32,000 nucleotides of DNA from an uncultured bacterium. Its GTDB lineage: Bacteria > Auribacterota > JACPWU01. The DNA lies in assembly GCA_964640155.1 (NCBI GenBank), contig CAZXEQ010000003.1:314189-346188 (forward strand). Reading direction: 5' to 3'. Each line of letters begins with the position of its first letter. Within the stretch, counting starts at the first letter, position 1. The translations under genes were made by a program, and so were the position numbers. Positions 7,954 to 18,200 of the stretch are shown in pieces. The notes under the pieces are model-generated. The model had not been told where the DNA came from, ran no database searches, and was given only the letters and a program-made list of their open reading frames with translations.

Positions 7954-8937
7954 TTAGTTTCTGGCTTTATAATTTACAATTCCATCAGCAATGGCTTGGG
8001 CTAGGGTATTTCGATAATTCTTTTGGGCAAGATTTCTTTCTTCGTTTACATGAGTAATGAATCCGACTTCAATGAGTATGGCCGGAGTAGGGGCATTTCT
8101 AAGCACAAAAAATCGAGCACCTTTAACACCTCGAGAACGTGCTTTTACTTGCGCAATCATTTTTGACTGAATTGATTTTGCAAGTTGAAAACTCTTGGTT
8201 TTATTTCTTAAATTAGCGTTGGTGTAACAAAAAAACTCTATGCCATTGACGTTTCTATTTCGAGCTGCGTTTGTATGAATGCTCACAAAAATATCAGGTT
8301 TATATTTGCGGGATACTCCTACGCGTCCCCATAGACTAATAAAATTGTCTGCATTGCGCGTCATCAAAACTCGCATTCCTTGGGTTTGGAGTTTTTCTTT
8401 TACTTTTCGTGCCACATCTAAATTAATATCTTTTTCATGAATTCCTCGTCTTCCTTTGGCACCCACATCATGGCCCCCGTGACCGGGATCTAGAAGAACT
8501 GTAAAAGTAGCTTTAGACGATATATTTATAACGGGTTTTTGAACTTGCTGAGGGATGGAAATAGGAGCATTGACAGAGATTTTAGAGAATGTTTGAGTCC
8601 CAAATTGCAAAGGAATGAGCAATCTTCCATTCACTAATCTTGCTTCTGAAGGCATCTGTCCTACTTTTCCATTCATTGAATAATAGGGGGAGCCTGCACG
8701 AAAAGAAAACTTGGTTTGATTTCCTTGTAAATGAACCATTTTTGTTTTCGGGTTCCAAACTTCTTGCATACCATAAGCTTTAGCAAAAGAAGTTAGAGAA
8801 ACAAAAGTCATGTTCTGAAAGGTAAAGGCACGGCTTTCAATCATGCCTTTTGACCCTTGGATGGTAACAGCCGTGATATTCGCCGGATAGATAGCAGTTA
8901 ATGATATAAGGACGATATAGAAGACTTTTCTAAACAT
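7954..8937 (-). CDS. N-acetylmuramoyl-L-alanine amidase (Amidase_3) with signal peptide and copper-amine-oxidase-N-like domain
   Basis: 327 aa. Signal-like N-terminus MFRKVFYIVLISLTAIYPA. Amidase_3 blocks LLDPGHGGHDVGA, FVSIHTNA and LIEVGFITH. The N-terminal segment FVSLTSFAKAYGMQEVWNPKTKMVHL resembles the Cu_amine_oxidN1 stalk domain. Confidence 0.87.
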   Translation of the reverse strand: MFRKVFYIVLISLTAIYPANITAVTIQGSKGMIESRAFTFQNMTFVSLTSFAKAYGMQEVWNPKTKMVHLQGNQTKFSFRAGSPYYSMNGKVGQMPSEARLVNGRLLIPLQFGTQTFSKISVNAPISIPQQVQKPVINISSKATFTVLLDPGHGGHDVGAKGRRGIHEKDINLDVARKVKEKLQTQGMRVLMTRNADNFISLWGRVGVSRKYKPDIFVSIHTNAARNRNVNGIEFFCYTNANLRNKTKSFQLAKSIQSKMIAQVKARSRGVKGARFFVLRNAPTPAILIEVGFITHVNEERNLAQKNYRNTLAQAIADGIVNYKARN

Positions 8938-9131
8938 AACAAGATCATTATACCATAGGTCTTTAATGGGAAAATAGGATTTTTGAGTTAATTAAAATAC
9001 AAATTCCTACAATTCGAAATGATAAGTTAAAAAATAATAAAAACGTCCATAATTGAACATTTATAGTATTTATTATTTATTTTTTAATAGTTTCTATAAC
9101 AATTATTTATAAAAATTAATTCACATTTTTT

Positions 9132-9159
9132 TTGATTTTTTGAAAATATAGGCTATATT
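9132..9159 (+). promoter_or_regulatory. Candidate sigma70-type promoter for the giant gene (TTGATT-N16-TATATT)
   Basis: -35 at 9132-9137 and -10 at 9154-9159. It sits in a 290-nt very AT-rich intergenic region where such matches also arise by chance. Confidence 0.3.
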
Positions 9160-9227
9160 ACATCATTAGTGTTTATAAAGAATTCTTAATGATGTTGATT
9201 CTTTTTCCCAAAATTTAGTTCATTCTT

Positions 9228-12200
9228 GTGGTAAATACAAATTTGATGAAAAAACTTATTACACTATTACTTTGTGTTTCCTTATTAGATATACAGGGTT
9301 TAACCCTGGGATATACAGAAACTCAAAATCCTTCGCAATCCACTGAGCTTAATTCGACTCTTTTATCATCCTGGTTTGAAATTACTTCTCAAAGCAAAAC
9401 TTTTTCATGGAGTAACCCTGGGATCATTCTCATTCGTGATTTACACGCAGATGGCGAAGCTCAGCTTAAAATTGCTAAAGGTCTGGAAGCGATGACCCGA
9501 CAAACTGGTAGTACCCTCGTTCTTGAAGAGGGTGCAGTGGGTAAAATTGACACAGGTTTTCTAGGAACGTTTCCAAATCAATCGATTCGTGAGGAAATTA
9601 CCAAAGAATATGTAAAGAGCGGCTGGGTAAGAGGGCCAGAGTTTTTATCGATTGCACGTTTTGGAGAGTTGGATTTGGAATTGAGAGGAGTTGAAGATCA
9701 GAATTTATATCAAGAGAATTTTGCCCAATATCGAGAGGTGATGAAACACAAAGAAGAGATTGAGACGGGGTGTATATTGCTTAAGAAAGAGCTTATCAAA
9801 GCAAAGAAGAAATTCTGCTCGGTTGAGTTTAGAAAGTTTGAGGAAAAAAGAGAACAGTTCCAAGATAATCAGATAGCATTTGATGAATATGTAAAATTTC
9901 TGCTTCATTATTCTTTTAGCCCTTTCCAACACCCACATCTTTCTCTTTTTAGTGATTTAATGAAAAAGAAAAGCCATATCAATGAAGTGAGTGCAGAAAA
10001 AGAGAAAAATCGATTGGTTGAAGAATTGAGCCAAAAACTTGATAAAGACTCTTTGGGTTCCTTTATTCGCGCCAGCCTTGAGTATCGCTTTGGCCGTATG
10101 AGCGCTCAAGAATTTAATCAGTATTTAAGTTGGCAAGCCGAGAAAATAGGTAAAAATATTAAAAATTATCCTGAGCTTTATAAATTGATTGAGTGGATTA
10201 AGATTCAGGGTGAAGTGGATGGGGTTAAATTATTAGAAGAAATTAAAAGTCTTGAAGAAGTAAATATCAATAAATTAGCTAAAACCACTCAAGAAAAAAA
10301 ATTGAAGGATTTAACCAGACAAATTCAAGCGATTCAAAGTTTTTTAAGTCTTGAGTTAAGCAGGCAAGATTGGGAGAAATATTTAAAGAATACAAAGGGG
10401 TATGATGCGTTAAAAATTTCTCAAGAGCTAGGTAGCATTCTTGGAGAAAAGCCTATTTTAGGCCTTGAGAAAATAAATGGAATTCTTGTTAAAGCTAGAA
10501 AGTTTTATGAGTTAGCAAGAGCAAGAGATCAGATTATTGCTCAAAACTCAATTCGTTCAATGAAGGAAGTTTCTCGTCAGAGACCTGCCCGAACAACCAT
10601 TCTTGTTGTTGGAGGTTTTCATGCAACAGGAGTTCAGGAAATTCTAAATGCTCAAGGAGTTAACTATATTGAGCTGACACCCAAAATGAATCATATACCT
10701 AATGCCAGTCTTTATTTGACACGCATGATGGATCCTCGTTTTAAAATTGGAACCATACCTCTTCCTTGTCTTTTTCAAGAAGTTGTTCAAGCTCTTGCCG
10801 TTACAGTCAGTCAAGATGCTCAGAAAAAAATAGGCATTTTATATATTAATGCTTTGAAAGGGCGCTTACTCTTAGAATTAAAAGGCGATACAGCTGGTGT
10901 TCAGAAAAGACTTTTAGAGGCTTTAGGTCTTTGGGAAAAACAAAGAGGCGAATTATCTGACGGCGATAAGAAAATTTTTAAAATTTTAGAAGAGGAAATC
11001 AAAAATCCATCATCTACAGAATCTGCAGCTTCAGATATTTCTAAGGATGAAATTAGAAGATGGATGGAGGGAAAAGAATACACGGAACTTCATGCCAATG
11101 TTTTAATCAAAATTCTCGAGACTTTTTATTCTGAGAGAAAAGATCTCATTGAATATGCGAAAGATCTTTATCAAAAGAAGTGGGGTAGGCATAAAGTGCG
11201 ACGCCAAATTTTTATTCATCAAGATGGGATGGCCATGGCTCCCGTCTTGACAGCTCTAAACAAAATGGAAGTATTTAAACTTTTTGAGGATGGTCGTTCA
11301 GTGAGTATGGGAGAAATCATTCGAACGACAAAAGGAAGTCCAGGTTATCTTCATGTCGCAATGCGCCTTTTTGTTTCTCAGGGCTGGATGACAAGAAAAG
11401 GTGAGGAGGGTACGGATAATCTGACCTATACCTTGACAGAGGACGGAACTTATATTTTGTCACTTCTGGATTATTATGGGCCTGTGGCTGAGTTTATTGA
11501 TCAAGCGGTTGGAATAGATGATTATTTGTTCGGGAAATCACGTGCCCCTCCTGCAGATGGACAAAAAAAATCTTATGCGCAGCTGATAGAACTCTCTAAA
11601 AATCAATGGAATTTGCCTCCCGAAACAGATTCTCGAAAGAAAATGCTTCGCGAACGTGTGATTCAACAGTTAAACGGAATGCTTTTAGGTCCCACCATGG
11701 TTGCTTTAGGAATGCGTGGCGTTTTTGATCAATTTAATCCAGAAACACATTCAGTCACAATAAATCAAATTCAAGGGAATGCGAAACATCTTAAAGAGGC
11801 TTTTACTCTTTTAGAACAACAAGGATGGTTAACTCGAAACGGAGATGTTTTCACGCTTACTCATGATGGACGATCGGCTGCAGTTTTAGCATCAGCTTAT
11901 GGTGTGACTACTTCTTATCTACCTCTTTTCTCAAAATTGAAAGAACTTTTAAAAGGTCAAAGTAGAGAAGCGCTTTTTCCTCGTGATAAAAATAACAATG
12001 AAACCCATGTCAATCGACCCATGAATGTTTGGGCAAGCGGAGGCGCACATATCGCCTATTTTAAAGAAGCTGATAAAATGATCATTGAAATTTTTAATCG
12101 CCCTCTTGAAGAACAGCCTCGTGGTATTGCAGATATGGGATGTGGGGATGGAGCTTTCCTAATTCACTTGCATGAAATTGTGATGAGGACCAAACGAGGA

Positions 12201-15200
12201 GAGAAGATAAAAGAAACTCTTACGAAAATCTTAGAATTAGAAAGAGAACCTGCTCTTATTAAAGATGGAGGGGCAAAACATCAAGAATATTTATTGGCAA
12301 AAGCAGAGTATGAAAAATATAAATTAGTTATTGTGGGTGCGGATTTTAATAAGGAGCCCAGAATAATTACTCAAGGGAATTTGGAAAAAGCTGGCATTAA
12401 AGATGCAAAAATTATTTTTGGCAATATTAATGATCCTAAGAAATATGCAGAAGATTTGAGGGCATTGGGACTTGATCCTAAAAGTTTGTTACATGTTAGA
12501 TCCATGCTTGATCATAATCGACCCTATGTAACTCCTAAAAATACAGATCATATTCGCGCGGATCGTAAAGCTGATTCGGGTTCTTATGTGAACGACGGGC
12601 AGGTTATTCCCAATAACCAGTTACAGCAAAATTTAGTAGAACATTTAGAGGGCTGGCAAGAACATTGCGTTGGAGATGCAGGGCTGCTTGTGATTGAGCT
12701 TCATACCATTCCTCCGGAATTGGCTGCGACAAAAATTGGAGATACGCTTGCTACGCCTTATGATGCACATCATGGATTTTCTGATCAGTATATTGCTGAA
12801 ATTCCCACTTTTGTAGGAGCGGCAACAGAGGCTGGTCTTGAACTTGTTGAACAGAAGGCCTTTCCAACCACAACTCCTGAAGCTGCAACAGTCAGTATTA
12901 ATTATTTTAGAGCGAGTGCAAAAAAGAAGGTTCAAGTTTCTTGGGCAAGATCGTTTGGTAAAGTCTATGCAGTTCATGATGGTCCTGATGGGATTTATCA
13001 AGCTTTAAGATCTGAAATTACAAAGAAAGATCCACAATTTAATTTTGATTTATTAGAGAAGGCGTATCGATTTGGTGCTGAAAAATATAGGGACATTCGA
13101 CATGATGGAAGACCCTACATTGTTCATCCACTTGAAATAGCTCTTTACTTGGTTCGTGTTCTTGGGATTGTGGATCAAGATGCCATTTTAGCTGCGATCT
13201 TGCATGATTTAGTTGAAGATGAAAATGTGCTTCTCAATGAAATCAAAGAAATGTTTGGTGAAAATGTTAGAGCGCTTGTAGACGATCTTTCAGAAGATTC
13301 TTCATATCTTGAAGAGCAAGATAAAGTTTATAAAGCTCAAAATGGTCAAGAGTTAACAGGGAAATTGGCCATGAAAATAGAACATATTGAGCGAGTCGAT
13401 AAAAAATCCGGGAAATTATGCATTATCATTAAAATTGTGAATCGTTTGCATAATCTTTTGAGTAATGAATATCCTGTACGCAAAGCTAATTACGGAATGA
13501 ATCTTTTGGAAATTCAAAGATGGAGAGTTTTCTTAGATCATCATGTTTCTGATATACCACCTCCTTTGATGGAAGATATTCGTTATTTCTTGGGAAGAAA
13601 TAAAAAATCTCCAGATCTGACGCCTGAGGGAGCAGAGATTACAGTAACACATGACGAGCGAAATGCGCCTTTGGGGAAAAGAATTAAAGACAGTGAAGTA
13701 ACGGAGCTCTCTATTGATGAGGATGGAAGTCTCAAAGCTGCTTTAGTGATTCATGACTCAAATAAGTCTGAAAGTGAAAGGATAAGAGACTCTCGTAAGT
13801 GGAAAGTCGAAGACGTAAAAAAAGCCGGGACAAAACTTCTTTCAGCAAGAAATAAGCTTATGCAAACTCTTGAAGCACGTTTAGCGAATCCTGAAAGCAG
13901 CTTAGCTAAAACTTACCAATATTTGATTGCAGCAGGAAAAATCGAAAACCAAGAGGCATTTAAAAATCTTTTGCTTGAAAAAGCTAAGCAAATGTCTCTT
14001 TTGGTTGTTGGGGATGAACAAGATTTGTTAAGTGCAGTCATTCATCAAGATGGACCTTATATGCATTGTCGTAGGGGTGTATCAGGCCGACCTCCAGCTC
14101 TATGGATGGGGTATATCACTTTAAAGAGAATGTCTGAAGAAATGTTAACAAGAGCTCTTTTAGATGAAGCTTTGCATGTTGCTTTCCCGGAAGAAGAACA
14201 TCGAGATAAAAAAGGAAACGGGACTTTATTACATGATCAAGAATTGTACGAACATTGTGATCAAATTTTAAGATTTGCAAATATTGATTATATTTATCAG
14301 AAAATGTATCAAGCGCAGCAGGGTATTATCGGGAATCTCGAGATTTTGAGAATGGATATAGATACAATTTCAGAAGAAGATATATTAGCTTTAAAGAAGA
14401 TTGCCGATGAACATCCTTCCGATAGAATTTCTTTAGATAGCAGAGAAGAAATAGAACGATGCATAGGAATTTCTAGAAGATTTTTTGATGAGGCAAGAAG
14501 AATTGTTCAAAAATTGCCTTCTTATTTAGAAGATGATGTTCAGGAAATAGCTGAGGAAATCAGAGATGCTATCAGAATTTCTTCTGAGGAGATGAATAAA
14601 AATCTTGATCTTGCTTATCGTCAATGGTTAGAACATCGATTTTTTGAAAATCCTGGAGAATCTCAACCTATTACACCCCCCGCTGCATTTTGCCAGTTTG
14701 ATGCTGCTCCCAATTCTCTTGATGCAATCATGACAGAGATTCGTAAGGCTTATGGGAAAAACCGATTTGATGAGGTTCTCAGGCTTGGGTCAAGTTTAGC
14801 AGATGCCATTCAAAAGGGACTTGCTATTCCTGATGATGTTCATGTGATGATTGGTAAGGGTTTCTTGGATAGGGCAAGAAGAATGAAAACTCAAGGTAAA
14901 ATAGAAAATGCTATTCGAGATTTTGATAGGGCCATAGAAAGTTTTGTAACGATGCGCGATAAAGGAGCGGTTAAGGTAGGGGAAGCTTCTGTGGAAAAAC
15001 CAGTGCTCATTGAAGAAGTAAGTAGAGAAATTGTTGTTTATGCAGAAGGTTATGTTGAAAAGGAAAAAGAAAATAGCAGAGAAATTCCTTTAGAAGTTCA
15101 TTTTGCATTGGGTCGCGCTTATTTATGGTCTGCTATATGTGAAAAATCCGAAGGCAATATTGCAAAGGCCATGCAGCACTGTGCTCGTGCAATGGATTTT

Positions 15201-18200
15201 TTGACACATTATGCAGCAGCCACTCAAACACCCGTAGTAAGGGGCGCAGCATTGTTAGGGGCACGAAAAGCTCCCACTCAAGGATTTAATGATAATGCAA
15301 TGCTTTATTTATCTCAAGCGATGATAGAAAATGGAATAATTCAAATGTTTGCAGGATCTTATGATGCTGCACGTCAAATTTTTCAGCAGACACTGACGTC
15401 AAATACAAGGTTAGGCGAGAAAAAAGCAGAATTACAAAAATTTGTGCAGATATGTAAAGATTTTATTTCCGTTGATAAAGAAATAGTTCAGTTTTCAGGA
15501 AGCAAGGATGCTGATGCAAGCTCTCTTTTGGGTAAATTAGCAGATTTAGAATCTAGAACTCGTAATAATGAAGATTTGCCATGTGCAGCAGCACAAATTT
15601 TTCTTTATCGATGGATGATTTATTGGAAATTGAAAGATGCTTCTCAAGCCGAGACAAATTTTCAAAAAGCTTTGGAGTCTCGTGATGATCGCTTTTTAAT
15701 TGCATTTAGGAGTTTAATCAATGCAATGAGTAAGGCAAAAGTCCTTTGGAATAGAGATTTTTTACAAGCAATTGCTGCAAAGAAAGGACAGCCCTTTTTA
15801 AGACGCTTCTTAAGAGAAATAGTGAAGGATTATTATAGAAGTTTGGATTTGAAAGAATTTCGTGAAGCTGTCATGGAAGTGCTAGGTTTTAAAAGTTTTC
15901 GTGAATATGTTGAATGGCTACTCCAAGAAGAACAAGAAAGAGCTGTAGTAGGGGTTGCGCCAAAAAAAGCAGACGTAGGCTCTCCTATTAATCATCCAGG
16001 ACTTGTTGCCCCTTTAATAGAAGCTATACAGGTCTTGCCTAGCGATGATGAGAGAAAAGTATTGGCAGCTAGGCCGGATATTTCTGCTACTCCTGTCCTT
16101 CAAGCAGCTTTAAGAGGGGAGATTCGTCCGATAGCAGATGTTATTAGAATTTCTTTGGAATTAAGGGATGAGTTGGAAAAAATTCAAAAGATTGATGTAG
16201 AAGTAGGTGATCAAATTGAAATAAGGCAAAAGTGCATTGACATTGCGAAGAAATTTAAAGATGTATGGCTTTTCACGGAAAGTGACTTGGTAAGTGCTTT
16301 TTGGGATAAGTTCTTTACGGTTTTTTCTGGAGAAATGAATCCTGATATAGAGGAAGCACTTAAAATAGGACTTGCCTGGATAGAGAGACATTCTCATAAG
16401 TCTCATGAGCATCAACGTAGCTATATGTATTATCAATGTGGGCAAATCTATTATATGACGAATCTTCGTGCTGAAGCTACGGCATGCTTTCAGAAAGTAA
16501 TTGAGCAAAGCTCGTCCGCTGAGTTAAAAATAAGGTCTTATTTTTCCCTAGGTTCATTGCTTTACTTAGAAGTTCGAGATTTAGAGGATGGGGCTGAAAA
16601 GACTTCAAAATTAAAGCAAGCCAAGGACCTTGTTGCTCGCACATTAACGCAGGAAGCACTCAAGATTGGCGCGATAGATGCTTCTGTTGGTCATATGATG
16701 CTTTCTTATATTTGTGCTGAGCTTTGTGAGTATAAGGAGGCTTATGAGCATTTGATGAATGCAAAAACCTATCCTGGAAATTTTCTTTATGCTAAGCGTA
16801 AGTTTCTAAAAAGTTTTGGAGAAAGGTTTGAGAGTTTGACTTCCGGAGAAGATTTAAAAGTTTATAAAGATTTTTTAGTTTTTGCATGCAAACAAGAAAA
16901 TCAGGAATTAAGAGATCAGCTTATTCGATTCAGAAGCGTTAAAAATCGAGCGTGGGTGAGAGCCGTGATGGAAGTTTTGAGTAATAAGGGGATTGCATTA
17001 AAGCAAAGAGAAGCAGCTATTGCCTTTTTGCGAGGGATGGATTTAGAGACGGAAAGTGCTGGTTTGATTGGAATTCTTCGAGAGCAAGCGGGTTTTGCGC
17101 TGAAACAACAGCCTCATTTTTTGTGGGAGGGATTGGAGCTTTTAAGAACTTGTCCGACGCCTGAAGCAAAAGCATTTATTCAAGAAATTCTCGACAATGG
17201 CAATTATGCGAAGGCTGCAGGATATCGCGTGGAAAAAATAAATACGATTGCTAAAGCAAGAGATCAATATGAGAGTTTGCCGGATGTTTTTGAGGTGTCT
17301 GATGAGCGAGCCAAAACATCAAAATATTGTTTAACTCGAAAAGAGTGGAGTCAAATGCTTCTAGATTATTGGCCTTCTGATTCAGAGTGGGATGAATATG
17401 TTTTGGAAAGAGAGAGCTCTAAACTTTCTGATAAGTTTGAGCGTCTTAGCGTTCATGAAATACGTAAACAAATTGAAAAAGCTCGTGAAGAAGGTCTTGC
17501 TTATGATGCAATCATTGGACAATTAGAAGCATTAAATGTTTCAAGAATTAATGTGAATGAAGAGCTTAAGAATTCTCAAATTCGACTTGCAAGAGCTCAG
17601 AAACTCATGGATGAGGGGAATTTTTCAGAAGCAGCTGTAATGCTCTATGAAATTTTAACAGGTCGTTCAAGAGTTCGAGTCGTAGGACTGGAAATGATCA
17701 TTGCTCATGAGAGGAATGGAGAAGACAAAGACGTTTTTGTTGTTGTATTAAAAGCTTGGGAATTACTTGAAAGAGCAAACTATTTTATGGAGACAAGGCC
17801 TGGGGATTCTATGCCAACTCTTGAATATGCAAAAGCATTAATTGAAAAATGGAAAGATAAAGATGAAGAACTTCGAACAAAAGATCCTGTTGATATTATG
17901 GAGGTTGTTAGGGCTTTGTATTTCTTGGAGAGACCACAAGATGCGCTAAGAGTTTTGGAATTAATTCCACCCGTTTTTTTTGATAACTATGGCTATTTTG
18001 CTCTTTGGCGCCTGAGATTAATGTTTAAGACTGACGATGATCGTTTTTTGGGTGAATATGAACGCGTGAAAGAAATGACAGATCCAAAGGCAAAAAATCT
18101 ATTAGGTAAATTTTGTAGAGAAAGAGGGTTGTTTAGCGAGAGCATGGAGGCTTTTCAGGATGCATATACCGGTGCAGATTTTAAACTGACAAATACAAAT

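Noticed and set aside
9246-9311. Lipoprotein lipobox in the giant protein N-terminus (LLLC)
   Set aside because: The -1 position is Leu rather than Gly, Ala or Ser, so it does not fit the [LVI][ASTVI][GAS]C consensus.
12645-13001. Antisense ORFs inside the giant gene (for example 12645-13001, 118 aa; 16161-16508, 115 aa; 24374-24757, 127 aa; about 20 smaller ones)
   Set aside because: All are short, low-complexity, Ser/Phe/Leu/Ile/Lys-rich translations typical of shadow frames opposite a real gene. None carries a recognisable motif or Shine-Dalgarno.
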